Source of the DNA: Tubiluchus corallicola
Lineage: Eukaryota > Animalia > Priapulida
Direction: 5' to 3'
Length of the DNA: 64,000 bases
Assembly (NCBI GenBank): GCA_030141605.1
Contig: JAQGDQ010002387.1
Span: 211,691 to 275,690, forward strand
Shown: positions 14,601 through 28,034 of the stretch, one piece after another
Layout of the letters: each line of letters starts with the position of its first letter
Position numbering within the stretch: position 1 is the first letter of the stretch
The notes under the pieces: model-generated
What the model saw: only the letters and a program-made list of their open reading frames with translations
The model's database searches: none
Told to the model about the DNA's origin: nothing
Position numbers and translations under genes: made by a program

Positions 14601-15534
14601 ATTACTTTATAATTGCAGGGAATACGATATCAGCGGGGGGCATTTCCACCAAGGTAGTCCTGCCAACCTTGTCAACCAAAAAAAGGTTAAACCTTAAATT
14701 GTAAAAAATGTTTTGCAATAATGACGGTGTTGGTGTGAGTAATGTAGATCAGGATGGTGTATCATCTAAGATAATGATCATAGCGATGGTGGAAGCAATT
14801 GTGTTAGGGGTGGTAGTGAGAGCAGCGATGGTGACTGTTATGGTGTAAGAGGGAGTATTAGTGATGAGAATTCTGTAATTTATAAAGGAGACAAATCACT
14901 CAAATCGAACTTGTTGTTAAAGTTTGCAGGGGCAACCTCGCGAATATTCTTTTAGATTCGCCATGATACAAGATTTTTACATTATAGTCACATACGCGAT
15001 TAGTTGCCAATAGCCATTAGGTTCTCTATCGATAGGTATAAATTACACTGCAAACCATAGCTGCCCACAGCGGAAATAGAATCTAACCCATACCCACTAG
15101 CCTGGCTAATCTAGTTTCCAAAATAGCCACATACACATAAACAACCGCGTTCTGTTCTTGTCGTCCGCTAGGCCAAAATACAAACTATATCGCTCAGAGT
15201 AGACGTTTGTTAGGGTTGCCACTTAACAATGTAAGGGTCACTCATGCAATGCGCTGGAATGTATATTGTATTATCCTGTACTTGTATGTCAATTTAATTA
15301 GAAAAGAGTTGGTGACAACAACACGTGACCTGATGTAAAAATATTAAGTAGCTGCCAGGCCGTTGCGCCAAACTCTTTTCTCTGACGTGTGCCGTGATGT
15401 GATATGTAAAGGAATGCAATGCAATGTAGTGCAGTGCAACATATGGTGGAGTAATAGTATACGAACAAAATGATTTGTAATGGTAGTATAAATGGGGACA
15501 GCATTTTATTTCTGAAAATTTTAATTGTTGCTAA

Positions 15535-15855
15535 ATATGTAGCCGAAGCAGCACAAAAAATCAGAAAAACTATGATTTTTTATGTTTTTAACAAAAATTT
15601 AAGCGAAAAGTTTCATAATTCCTTGAATGAGTTATTCGATATGTGGTAAATTTCATCCGAGATTTTTACCAGTGTAACGTTAAACCATACAAAATATTCA
15701 ATATTTAAACTTTTATTATCAGAAAAACATTACTTTTCTTTTTACTATTAGAAAAATTTCGTGAGTTAAACTGATCTAATCTGGAGGACGTGTTTTAAAA
15801 ATGGGGACGCTGAATCCGCAAAAAATGGGCCTATAAATTTTTATCGGCTACATAT
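15535..15855. mobile_element. MITE-like element with perfect 12-bp terminal inverted repeat
   Basis: ATATGTAGCCGA (15535-15546) and TCGGCTACATAT (15844-15855). The outer ATAT could be a target-site duplication. Interior is AT-rich and non-coding. Confidence 0.5.
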
Positions 15856-18663
15856 CGTCAGATAAAATAAATTTGGCTACGGCCCATAAATCACCGTAGA
15901 CGTTGGAAAATCTCTTTAGGTCAAGGTCTGCTGTTGTGCCTGTTGAATCTCCTAGCAACATCTAAAGAACAAGGACATTTATTAAGATGAAAGTGCTATG
16001 ATTGATCGGTGTTAATTTTGGTTCTCCGCTCAGTAAACTTGCATTTGGTAAACCTGTACGGCTACTGCACTTCCTTCGGTTAGAATTTAATCGACTGATA
16101 AATGTGTGTAGTTGATAGACCTGCACTGCCACTCCATTTTCTGCTGATATCTCTTAGCTGACCTGCTAAAGCTGTTCTGGTAGTCTGCTACTGTATTCCT
16201 ACTGTTAACATTTAGCTGACGGCTAAAAGTGCGCTGCTGTTAAACCTAGAGCTTGCTTCTTAACAACAAGAAGTTCAATAACAATATAGGTTTACCTATT
16301 GAATTTCTTATTGTTAATGTTTAGTTGATTTGATAGTGCGTTGTTGGTAAATATGTACTGAACTTCCTAATATTAGCAAATACCTGACTGCTGTTAGTGT
16401 GTACTGCTCCTAAGTTGTGGTACTACTGCACTTCCGACAGTTAGGATTTACCTAACGTGCTAAGGGCGCATGAGCGACGTTTCATGGTACCCACACACCA
16501 TACTGGTACATGGTACCCACACTGTACCGCCTCTCTATACATTTCTCTTTGTGCGTATGACCTCAGCACCTATATAAAGAGGGGTTACAAATCTCTGCAT
16601 TCAATTCACGCTGTTTTTGGCTTTTTGGCTTGCTAGATCATGTCTGGTTTACTAACTCATCTTTGCTGGCTTGCTACAGCACAGATGAGCAGAGTTATGC
16701 ATCTGTTCAGGCTAGTTATGCATACGTTATGTTCAGCTATGCATAAGTTTAGTACAGCTAGTTCAATCCAGCCTATAAAATTAATAAATTATTATTGGTC
16801 TACCGGCGACAGTTTGGAGGCTTCCTCAACGTGTCGTCCGGAAAAAGTGAAGTCAAATAAATTAGCTATTGATATGATGAACAGCGACATAAGCCACTTA
16901 TCATGCTAATTAATGTAGCGAGAGATGTTTGCAGCCTGGATACGCTTACATAATGTAATTGCTGTGCTTGACTTCATGTAGATAATTATGTGATAATCTA
17001 TATTGGGTAATTTTCATGTAATCTGCATTAACAGATGATTCTTACAAATCGACAGCAGTGATAGAAAGGGTCGGTATCTTTAATACCACAATAGTAAGCA
17101 GTTTTTAACCAGCCTTTCTTCTTAACTTTTTTCACGCCGACAATTTGGTGTGTTTCTTCCATTTTTTTCCTTTTCATCCCGCTTACTTGGTCTGTATGTT
17201 TGCCTATTCTATGGGAACAAAGCCCTGCTGTAGTCTGCTGCTAGAGTGATTAAGCGAAGTTGTGAATTACAGCAAAAAGCTAATGAAAACAAAAAACAAA
17301 AACTGAAGTGTACGATTGTTCAGTATGACATCTTGTTGTACACGCTGTTAACTTAAGAGACAGTAAGGCTGTTTCTTGGCATATAGAAAAAAGTGATTAA
17401 TAGAGTAGTCTTAGTTGCTGCATGAACACCAGAGCTTTTACGTTTCATTATGATTATTACATAAAATTGTTTTTCTAAATTCTCTTATAAGTATGAGGCA
17501 CTTGGTGCTAGCAGTTAAACTGTCCCACAAGTATTTGGTTTATTTAGTGGCATTTTGTGTGTTTTCCCTTCGTGGCGTTTTCTGTGCAAGATTAATGATT
17601 GCGTTTATTGATTTTTTGTCTTTTTCTCATGTGGCTTCTATGTAATCCATGAAAAATTACTGCTGGTGTTATCATTATAAAATTTTCAAAAACAAAATGG
17701 TTACATTTTTTATCCTTTTAACTTTTACATAAAGATAGTTCACAGCGTGAATTGACACGCCGCGTCTTAATTTTCATTTTTTCAACGTGTGTCTTTATCA
17801 ATGACGAGTAAATTACAAAACTAATAGTGCCAAATAAGTAATATTAAAATAAATTTAATGAATACCCAAAAGTCCCATTAGTAGGGAAAAGACTGAGAAT
17901 ATGAAAGTAGCAAAATCATTGGTAGAAGAGTGGCAGCTACTTCTACTGTACATAATGCTGAAAGGACATTAAGTTAGCTGTGGTTAGCAAACCACGCTGA
18001 TTGAATTTGCCCATGTAATCTATAAACTGCTGATAGTTAATTAGAGCTGCGAGGCTGAACACCATGCATAGTTAAAACCAATCGGTCACGTGATCAGTCA
18101 CGTGGTCACTGCTTGGTTTCTCCTGTAGCTGACTCCTTAAATCTGCACAAGCTGCTAAATCCAAATGACAAGCGAATTGCGTCATTTTGCAATTACCGAG
18201 TGTTAAAACAAAATGTTGTTTTTGTACGCTGTTGACAAATTGTTCAAATTTGTGGAAACTGAAAGCAGTTAAGATAACGCATATTTGCCTGTGAAAGGTT
18301 CCTGTTTTGTTACTAAATAGCAAGATTGAAATGAACAATAGAGTAGAAAAAATTTCAAGAAATCGTGAACAAAAACACTTAGAAATGACAAAAAGAGCCA
18401 GAACTGGACTTTTCACAATTTTTGATTATCCTATGATCTAAGTACTGATAACTTCAACTGTATATAGGTCAATAATATAATCACCGATTGTGCCAATTAA
18501 TCACCTTATTACTTATTAGTGATTGGATTTTGTTCTCATAGATTTGTAAATACGCAGGGGAAGAAAGAGGGATGAAAAGAGAAAAAATGTGGGAGGAACA
18601 AATCGAAGTTTCGACGTGAAAAGAGTTAAGAAGAAAAAAATAGGAAAAGAATAAAAACTCGAC

Positions 18664-18897
18664 AACTAGAAAGCCACTCTGTAGAGTTCACTCAGCTCAG
18701 ACTTTTCCATTACAAGAATACACTTAATAAATAAAATAGATTTCCTTTAGTAATTCTTGATCGATAATTAACAAAAATGAAAATCATACCACTCCACAAA
18801 ATTTCAAGGAAATCGGTTAAGTAGTTTTTACGTAATCCTGCTAACAGACAAACCAACAAACCAACGGCTATGAAAGCATACCCTCCATGGCAGTAGT
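18664..18897 (-). mobile_element. Short non-autonomous Helitron/Helentron-like (HINE/DINE-1-type) element
   Basis: The minus strand begins ctactgccatggagggtatgctttc, carries a (GTTT/GTTG)n microsatellite, then agcaggattacgtaaaaactact, and ends ...gagtggctttCTAGtt. This layout is typical of non-autonomous rolling-circle elements. A related copy lies at ~20625. Confidence 0.55.
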
Positions 18898-20624
18898 TGG
18901 GGTGTCAGATTTGTGGAAGGTCGAAAATGTCGGAAAGAAAGCTTGTCCAGAAAAAAGAAAGCTAATATAAAAAGAAATTCAAAAAATGTATAATTTTGTA
19001 TTAATGTTCTGATATTGATAACAGAACGATTTTGAATTTGAAAAATCAGATTTAAAACGGCTATCAGCTTATAAAGCTTCTTCATTCTTGACAACAGAAT
19101 TCACCACGTCATGTCTAATACCAACACTCTTTTCATAATAAAAACAACAAAATCATTGTTGAAAAATTAATTCAGAGTTAATAGATGTTTAATATTTGAA
19201 TTCGGTCTGATTGCAGAGGCGTGTGGACTACTTCACACTGTGAAATAAGCCAGGAAGCTTCTTGTCCTTACCAGGCTTGAAAAAAATTGAAACAAAAAAA
19301 AAGCTGTAGAGGTCGTACGTTACGTACACTGTGACGTTTTCTAGCATCTTTTTAGCATTATTATTTGCTCAGAAAAGAAGCCCACCGGTTTACTGCTACA
19401 TAGCAACAGCGGCATCAGCAGCAACTGCAACAACCGTCTTCGCAATTTTACTTTATTTCTTCAAAAGTCCGTTTTAATTAATTAGGTAAATTTGCTTGTT
19501 ACAGCTTGTAAACAGCTGTGCGCAATTAATTAGTCAAGTCGTTTGCTGAACATGTAAAACTGATCAACCATTACATCTGTTTATTACGTTTATGTAGGGT
19601 GACGTATTCTAATGAATTCCTGTTGGGATTCAACAACAATAATTAAAATTTTATTGCTATGATTTGTGGAAAACCACTATTCATTTCATGTATTTAGTAA
19701 AGTAGATCTGAGATTAAAGTCATGGAGACGGTTTAACCAAATCGGTTTTGAATTTGTTGTGAATTGGGTGGGTGGAATTATGGTATAGAAGTCAAAGAAA
19801 TTCAGTTCATTTCTGGGGTTTATTAAACAAAAATCAATCAAAATTTAAAAGAAGCATTAATCTATATTCAGGAATTTTACGCCGAGGACGCTTCAGTTCT
19901 GATATCAAGATCGAAGACTAATACTGTTAAAGATTTTGTCGGAAAGATAATATGATATCTGCCAAGCTTGATAGAATTACATTATATAGTTAAGTTGGAA
20001 AGTTTAGTTAGCTAAAGCCAGAAATGAGTTGGAGTCAAGCCTTAAGTTACTGAATATTTTTCATTTTTATAGTACAAAAATTCAGAATAGTTTAGTAGTA
20101 TTATTTGATGTACAAATAATTGTAATCTATAGGTTATAGTCTATAATCCATTATTGTAATCTCTCCTGCTTTTACTAAATTTGAAAATATCTAGTGACTT
20201 TAAAAGTGAAATCAAACAAAAATATGGAAACTGTGTCAGAAACACTTAATTCTAATAGTTATGGGTCTTGGCCAGAATAGAATTGAATCACACAGCACGC
20301 ATTTTTGCACCTAGTCCATAGGTTTTGTGAATTTACATGGCAAATAGCCTTAGCAAACATGCGATATTACGATATTATCGATACAACTTTTCGATATTAA
20401 AACGGGTGCTAATGATCAAGGTTTTAGCTAAATGTCAGAAATTTAGATTGATTAGATTAATCGTAATTCTAGACACGTGAAACACGATTTTTTTTGTAAT
20501 TTTAAGATATGCATTTGACAAACAAGTGCTAACAAATGTAAATAAATTGGCACAGGAAAATGTCACACTTAGTAAATATGTGTTTATGGTTAGCGTTACA
20601 GTGGGTGATAATTATTTTAGTTAT

Positions 20625-20760
20625 TTTTATCTTTGCCAAGGAAGTTGCGCTTCAACAAAGTTTGTTTGTCTGTTTGTTTGGTTGCCCTTTGTCAGTTATG
20701 GCAGTAAGCCTACTACGCCAGAACTTGACGACCGAACACTTTGTACAAAAAGCATTCGTG
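20625..20760 (+). mobile_element. Second, more decayed copy of the Helitron/HINE-like family
   Basis: tatctttgccaaggaagttg followed by gtttgtttgtctgtttgtttg, matching the 5' layout of the 18664-18897 copy in the opposite orientation. Confidence 0.4.
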
Positions 20761-21666
20761 AAGCACTTCGTGGGGGTCTCAGAGGAAATATCTAGTACAT
20801 CTTTTTTGCTATCTCCGCTTAGGCAAACAACTACGAGTTAGTTGCAGTTCCATTCTCGCTTGTATATTAAAACTGTGTAACGCTGCATATAACCTTCACT
20901 TATTAAGGTGTATAACCTAATAAGGTGAGTTACTATATATATATGCTGTCTATGTGTAGAGACACGTATATATTTGTCAGTCTATTAATGCGCCAAAATT
21001 AATGGCTAAAAAGTAGATAAACACTGTGTGGAACGTTCGTGCATTATTGATTATAAATCTATTTAATGAACAAATATTATAAGTCTTTTGCTAGTCTATA
21101 TAACACCAATGCAGGTATATTTTTGTATTACTGCCTGTTTACCTTTGTGTTAAAATTTTTTAATCACCAAAATCAGACGAATAAGTTTACGATTGTTCGG
21201 CTTTGCTAGAGATCTGTTTCTTACTGAGCGCATTCTAGTTTTATTACAGAAATCAAGTACATTAAAATAGCATACATGCCATTTTTCCTGTGTCATTTTT
21301 ACCGCGCACCTGCTAACACGTGTTGAACTTCACCTGCGTGTACCATCATCGTCATCATCGGGCTTCTTATCTTGTAATTCTTAACGGGAAATTTTTTTGT
21401 CTTGATAAACAGAGCCTTGCCAGCTTTCTGAAGGAGATTAATGTAAACCTAATCAAAATAAACTAAGAATTCTAGTTTTGTAGACCGGAATTCATATTTT
21501 CACCCTTCTAATAACCTTCTTACGTTAAGTAGCTACTAGCTTTGTTTGGAGCTAAATTTGTATAGAAAATAAAAATGTAAATTTTAGATTCTTTTGAAGA
21601 AAAATTATTTTAACAGCAATTTACTCTGGGAAAACTTAGAAATTTGGAATGGAAGTACTAACGTGC

Positions 21667-22228
21667 TTGGATCCGGCACGTCATATTTGTAGCTCGTTTC
21701 TTGTAAATTTAATGGTTTCTTTAAGCTTTTATTTTTGCCATGGCCCGTTTTATTCGTGAAAATCTACAATTTTGCTACGATGACGAAATGCGTTTGTTTT
21801 TATCAGCACTGTCTATCAGGTATAAAACCGCAGATACATAATGGCCTCGTCGGTTCAGTGGATAGGCAGAAGGTGTTTTTAACAACTCAGCACTTGTTCT
21901 TGTCAGCCAACATGTAGACCTCGAAGTAGATTCCTGGCTAGTCTCTGTTTAAATTCGTGTTTCGAGTTCAATGTGTATCAGCATCATCGTTATAATATAT
22001 TAGAATGACAGAAGCCCAACAATATAATTAATGCCTAGGTCAGATCCATTTAACGGGCATATTTGAGGGCATATTGGGAAAGTGAAAAGTCGGCGTTCGT
22101 TAGGGTCTGCGCAATGGTTTCTATAATGAAATCCGTGGCCTGTGATAGCCTTCAAAGTTAAATGCGACGCAAACACCTTCAATAACATGACCAAGCTTTC
22201 GGTATTTCGTGCTTCGTGCCGGATCCAA
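21667..22228. mobile_element. MITE-like element bounded by a perfect 14-bp inverted repeat
   Basis: TTGGATCCGGCACG (21667-21680) and CGTGCCGGATCCAA (22215-22228). The left end recurs at ~31551-31620 (taacgtgcttggatccagcacgtc...ttaatggttt). Confidence 0.55.
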
Positions 22229-23855
22229 TAACTAGTGCATTGTCACACATTTGTTACTTATTCAACGAAGGTCACTTGCTAACCTCTTTTATTGCTACTT
22301 CCATAAAAGTTTCTTCTAATGTAGATGGTGGCTTCGTTGGTCGTCTCATGTTCTTTTACAAGTAGAGTACCTGAAGTAAAGCAAGTCAAATACATAATTT
22401 ATTAGCAACCGATGTGAACTAAAATTTGTAAAAGTTTGTATTTCATCATTAATTCAGTACAAGATTCGGTTTGTATTAGAGCGATCTTATAGTATTCGGT
22501 TCTAATTTTTATTAATTTAACCGCTACAAAATAGTAAATATCTGTATATCAAAAGTTTATGAATAGTTTTTAAAATCCTCATTATCAGTTGTCGATGGAA
22601 AAACACATTATGAATTTCATTTTACTTTTGTAAGTGCAAGTTTACATACTTAAAATAACAACAGTTTGACAAAATCTGTTTATTTCTTCGGTTCTGGCCT
22701 ATAAGTTACTAATGAGAGTCGAATACATTTCCCAATAACAGAGAAATGAGGCAAACGCGCAAAGGCAAATTTGAACGTTTGCCGTAAGAAGCCGCGACCA
22801 TTAGAAATTTGAAGCTGGGAGTGAACAAATATACAGACTACATTAATAATTTAAATCTGTGGAAATCGCTAGTTTTAAAATGATAAAGTTTTGAACATTA
22901 TTAGGCTTCATTCATTAGCAGAAACGTCGCACAGTTAATTCTTATTTTTAACAAGGCATGCGCCATTCTATTCCCTTTATATTAATCTGCAAATTATGTG
23001 GATGAACTAGGTTTATTTATTACATTTTGACACAAAGAACAGCGCACACCAATGATGCAGTGTAAGAATCACACAAACGCATACAATTAGACTAGAAATG
23101 TACACCAAAATATAAAGTACGCATAAAAAGTAATATAAGTCGACGTGTTTATCTGCAAATGTCTACAACTGTAATACGTTTCATGTTGTTTATCAGCCAC
23201 TGCTGTCTACGAAATTGAATGTGGTAAAAACACATTTGTAGAAATTCCTGAAACAGTAGCTACAGGCACTTTTCTAAGAATGTAAATTATGCTCTCAGTA
23301 AAAACTGACATTTTTTGATATTGTTACACGAAGGTCCACTGGCTTCCAGATAAATTTTTCGTAAACTAAGATATTTGTATAATCTTTATATTGTCTCGCT
23401 GTAAGAATGCCACTGAAGCTTGACACGCGCTGCAAAGGGAGGTAGAATATTGTAATTATTATAGACCACTGTTTCACTGAATAATTGATCACGTGATAAC
23501 ATATATACGTCTCTCTCGCTGCTTTCTATCGCTGGGGAGTTAAAACATAATGGAAATTGTATCAAGCTAACCGTAATGGCACATGGGTAGTAAGACTATG
23601 TAGACTTGCTTCAGTGTAACATATTTTAAATGTCTATAGTAAATAGACCTTTAGGCGGTAGTCGACACACGGCTACGGCAATTGTTACTAGTCGTAAAGT
23701 ATAAGATGTGAGGTGTTTATCACCCAAATTAACATATCACGTATTTTATTCATAAATAATTTGAACAACAGTTCAGGACATGTGATGATAGCAAAAGTAC
23801 GTTAAATGAATAAAATTGCCCAGTTTGAGCAGGATAATACATATAAAACATCACT

Positions 23856-23962
23856 TTAAAAAAATTACAATATATAAAACTTAGGTTTAAAACAATTACT
23901 ATATATAAAACACAGGTTTCAAACAATTACATTATATAAATATACGTTTAGAACGATTACAA
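23856..23962. repeat. ~31-bp degenerate tandem repeat (about 3 units)
   Basis: Repeating ggtttaaaacaattactatatataaaac-like units. Confidence 0.6.
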
Positions 23963-24632
23963 TCTAACATTTACACAATTGCATTTATTTATCTATTTAT
24001 TTATTTATTTATTTATTATTAACAATTGCGTTTAACAGTAATGCACAAAAAACAATTAAGAAACTAACCAAGTAATAATTACACAGAGAGATGATCTGAA
24101 AATTTGAAATTAGTTAAAAGATAAATGAGATTCTTTTAAAGCTTGGTAAAACACATCGGCAAAATTGAAAGTTTACATTTCGATGTCAAGATGGACTGAG
24201 TCATTCCAACTCGGGTATGCTGTTGAATAGAGAATATGTGGGTAATGTTGTAATCTTTCTTATTTTCTTGAATATTTTTGATGAAAGACTGGTTATAGAT
24301 CTTACCTTGTGTGGTCATTAGTCTTGTTTGGGAGCGTATGTGCACCTTTTATCCTTATTTTACACTTACTTACATTGATTTTCCTGACTTTATTTCATTG
24401 ATCTTAATTAACCTGGTTTGACTTGCTTACGTTGAATTTGTTGTGACATTTGGAGGCTGCTATCGCTACGTTCTTTCGCCAAAATTACAGGCTTCTGTAA
24501 TTTAATTTATAGTTCAAAAAGTCTGTAGTCTTCTAATGAATTTTTTTTAAACTAACAACAAACTGTTATAATTAAGAATTGGGGTAAATTTCTGCATTTC
24601 ACGTTATTTATTGTTTATCTGAATAAAAACTA

Positions 24633-25585
24633 CCGTAAAACGGGGTGAGTTCGCCACTTTTTAAGGGTATTTTTTTACATTTCCTGCCTTAGCAAGAGAA
24701 TTAGCCAACCGATTTTCTTAGTTCAAGCTTTATATTGCCCTTCGAATAAAACACTATCGTGGGGTGAATTCGCCGCTAACAATTTAACACTGTTTAATGC
24801 CATTCTAGGCAGCTGAAGTTAACTGGTTGTGATTGGCTGGTTGGGGGTGAGTTCGCCACCCTATGAAAAAATTATAAAAAATGTCTAGTTTTAGTTTTCA
24901 AATATAAACTTCTACGTTGGCAAGGAAGGCTTGAACGTCTTGTGCACTGATCTTATCGCGGTCGCCCTTGATGTTGCCAGCCACTCTGAAAACCAGATTG
25001 TTCCTTCGGGCGAATGATTTGACAAAGTCTATTCCAGGGGTGTTTGCCTTGAATCGTCGTTCCTGGATTCCCTTCGCGTCAAGAACACTCTTAATCAGTA
25101 GTCGGAGATCGATGGCAGTCATTGGGAACCCCCACTCAGCGGCCACTGGGAGTGTACTGGCGATTTCGTGCTCCTCGGCGGCGGAGAACACTGGCTGACT
25201 TCCGGTCTTCTGCGGATGACTTCCGGAGAGTTTGTCAGAAAGGTCTTTCTTGGAACTCCGAATTGCCTCGCCGCTGGGCTGATTGTCCTGTTGGTATTCT
25301 TGACGGCATGTAGGGCAGCTTCCAGAGCTTCTGGGGTATAATTTTGGTATCTATGACCCGGTACAGTGGTGCAGGTGCGTGGCATGTTAAGTAGCCAGAA
25401 ATAGTAGACAAATAATATGTAGCGCAGAATGGAATACTTCTAGTGCGAATTGAAAGAAGATAACTGTCGCAAACTGTTTATAATGACGGTGATCATGATA
25501 TCTGTTCATTAAATACTGAACAATAGTTACAGCAAACCTACAATGGCCATTATGTAAGGGGTGGCGAACTCACCCCGTTTTACGG
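24633..25585 (-). mobile_element. Internally deleted pogo/Tigger-like (Tc1/mariner superfamily) DNA transposon
   Basis: Perfect 25-bp TIRs CCGTAAAACGGGGTGAGTTCGCCAC (24633-24657 and 25561-25585) are flanked by TA on both sides. Subterminal copies of GGGGTGA(G/A)TTCGCC lie at ~24760 and ~24844. A transposase remnant lies inside. Confidence 0.92.
24898..25385 (-). pseudogene. Truncated pogo-family transposase (HTH_psq + CENP-B-type HTH; DDE domain absent)
   Basis: YQNYTPEALEAALHAVK..ISPAARQFGVPRKT (psq-like HTH). A 1-nt frameshift near 25242 restores LSDKLSG..GSQPVFSAAEEHEI..WGFPMT..PGIDFVKSFARRN (CENP-B-like HTH). The ORF ends before any catalytic domain. Confidence 0.85.
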
Positions 25586-26537
25586 TAGTTATTTATTTAT
25601 TCACTTGCTAGTACTATGCTGAAATTGATGGAGCAAAATTAGCCAGGATTTGTACTGAAATATGGTCGAGTAAAAGTACAGCGGCTAGCCGTCTCTGGCG
25701 TTGATTAATGCTCTTTCTCGCCTAGATCTCAATGGTCTTTGTTATTTCAGGTTCACACTGTAAATATTGGATGATCAGTCGAGTGGACAAGGGAAAATCC
25801 TTGACCGATCAATACGTGATTGCCAAACCTAATTGATATCGATTACGCTAATCGATGCTGTGACCGTAGTTGTGTTTGCATCTGCCGATGGCTGTTCCCA
25901 CTCAAGAAGACCTTCAGAAAAAGCGGAGCCCTTTTAGTGGGAAGCCCTTTTATTTATAATGAAGCGAGAAGAGCTGTACACGTTCTTGAAGAACCGCATT
26001 TCTTCGGGAAAAACCGAAACGTGATACAATGTAATGGTGCAAAAATAGAAACCTCTATAAACTCACAAGAAAACACGAGCCAACGCTGCGGCAGCTTAAT
26101 TAGTTTTATTGGTGCTAACTCACCTCATTGTGTTGGCGGTAGCGTGATGGATATGAGAGTACGCATGAACATTTTCACGCACCCACCACGGACATGTCGG
26201 TAGTGATTAACATCAGCTGTGCGGACGTAAGTGGTTTCAGTCCTTCGATGTTGACGTAATTAGCAATAACAGCTTCGTGCTAGATTAGATATTAGTGAGC
26301 TTAATCGAGGAAGGTCTACTAACACATGAGACTTGCTGCAGCCACTAATATACTAAAGACTTATTAGTTTATTATAGTGGCACTTGCGTAGTGAGAACGT
26401 AAATTTTTGTGTCTTTCTTTATGTTGCATGACATAGACAAGTCTGTGGTCACATTTGAAGGTAACAAGACTTGGCCCATTGGTTGACAAAATGCATGATA
26501 GTAGTGTAGTGCTAATCAACTACACACATTGATTCTA

Positions 26538-28034
26538 ATGGCATTTAATTTTATTCTTGGTAAGCGCCTGGAATCTGTAGCTGAAGGATGCGTTGAACCA
26601 CGGTACGAAAAAGAAAAACGAGAAAAGAGCATGGCAGCCGAGAAAAGGAGAGCAGCACAGGAGTGCCTTTTATTGGAGGAGGATGACAGCAGGGCAGATC
26701 CATCAAAATCCTCGCAGCAGTCAGACACAAACAGACAGAGCAGCGATCTGAACAAGAATGGCGTCATCTGTTCAGATCATCCTAACACACGCATAATGAT
26801 CAACATCAGTGGTTTAAGGTTCGAGACCCGGGTAAAGACGTTACGTCGGTACCCTGATTCTTTGTTGGGTAATCCAGCCAAACGTTGCAAGTACTTCGAC
26901 ACTTTGAGGAACGAGTATTATTTTGACCGACATCGACCTAGCTTTGATGCAATTCTCCATTATTACCAGAGTAAAGGGCGACTGCAGCGACCTGCCAATG
27001 TTCCTATGGACGTATTCATCAGTGAAATCAAATTTTTCCAATTAGGCGAGAAGGTGCTTGAGCAATACTTGGAAGGAGAAGGCATCGTGAAGGAGAAACC
27101 AAGAGCTTTACCAAAAAACCCCACTTTGAGGACAATCTGGAAATTGTTTGAGCACCCAGATGCCGGATGGCCATCACGTATTGTGGCAGTTATATCAATA
27201 TCAGTCATAGTGTTATCTGTGATCACATTCTGTGTGGAAACGTTACCAGAATTTTCTCAAAATAAAACTGTTTTGTTTCAAAATGCCACAAGAGATGAGA
27301 TTGGGGCCTTTCTTTTTAGCGATCCTTTCTTTGTCATTGAGACATTGTGTGTGTGCTGGTTTACATTTGAGTTAATCATGCGTTTTGTGTCGTCGCCAAA
27401 TAAATTTAAGTTCTGGAAAAGTTTTATGAATATTATAGATTTGACTGCCATCGTGCCATACTTCATAGGTCTATCAGTGACATACATCAACAAGTCTGGA
27501 GATATGGGATCGATGAGCTTAGCTGTACTCAGGGTTCTTCGTCTAGTCAGGGTGTTTAGAATATTTAAACTGTCACGACATTACAAAGGTTTGCAAGTCA
27601 TTGGTCAAACTTTACGAGCAAGTATTCCAGAATTAGGATTACTTACTTTCTTTCTCATCATTGGCATGATTCTTTTTGCTAGTGCTGTCTACTTTGCCGA
27701 ACTCGACAAAAGTGACTCTCACTTCACTAGTATTCCAGCCGCATTTTGGTGGGTGGTTGTCACCATGACCACAGTTGGATATGGTGACATGTTTCCACAA
27801 ACAGGTTGGGGAAAGTTGGTGGGATCTCTCTGTGTGATATCCGGTGTTCTGACAATAGCACTTCCTGTGCCTATCATTGTGTCAAATTTTGATTATTATT
27901 ACCACCGTCATTGTGACACTGAAGCTTATACGACAGAAGAGGAGGATCCTCAAGCTGATGGCGATATAGGTACCAGAATAGATTTGGAAGCAGCTGGTAG
28001 CAAAAATGATGATTACGATGAAACACATTGCTGA
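26538..28034 (+). CDS. Shaker/Kv1-family voltage-gated potassium channel alpha subunit, intronless CDS (start may be ATG 26631)
   Basis: T1 domain [42 protein letters not shown]; S4 [18 protein letters not shown]; pore [18 protein letters not shown]; S6 [14 protein letters not shown]. First in-frame ATG is 26538; 26631 has a better context (agcATGG). Confidence 0.97.
   Translation: MAFNFILGKRLESVAEGCVEPRYEKEKREKSMAAEKRRAAQECLLLEEDDSRADPSKSSQQSDTNRQSSDLNKNGVICSDHPNTRIMINISGLRFETRVKTLRRYPDSLLGNPAKRCKYFDTLRNEYYFDRHRPSFDAILHYYQSKGRLQRPANVPMDVFISEIKFFQLGEKVLEQYLEGEGIVKEKPRALPKNPTLRTIWKLFEHPDAGWPSRIVAVISISVIVLSVITFCVETLPEFSQNKTVLFQNATRDEIGAFLFSDPFFVIETLCVCWFTFELIMRFVSSPNKFKFWKSFMNIIDLTAIVPYFIGLSVTYINKSGDMGSMSLAVLRVLRLVRVFRIFKLSRHYKGLQVIGQTLRASIPELGLLTFFLIIGMILFASAVYFAELDKSDSHFTSIPAAFWWVVVTMTTVGYGDMFPQTGWGKLVGSLCVISGVLTIALPVPIIVSNFDYYYHRHCDTEAYTTEEEDPQADGDIGTRIDLEAAGSKNDDYDETHC

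Noticed and set aside
25820-26203. 127-aa ORF upstream of Kv1
   Set aside because: TTG start and no recognisable domain; probably 5' leader sequence.
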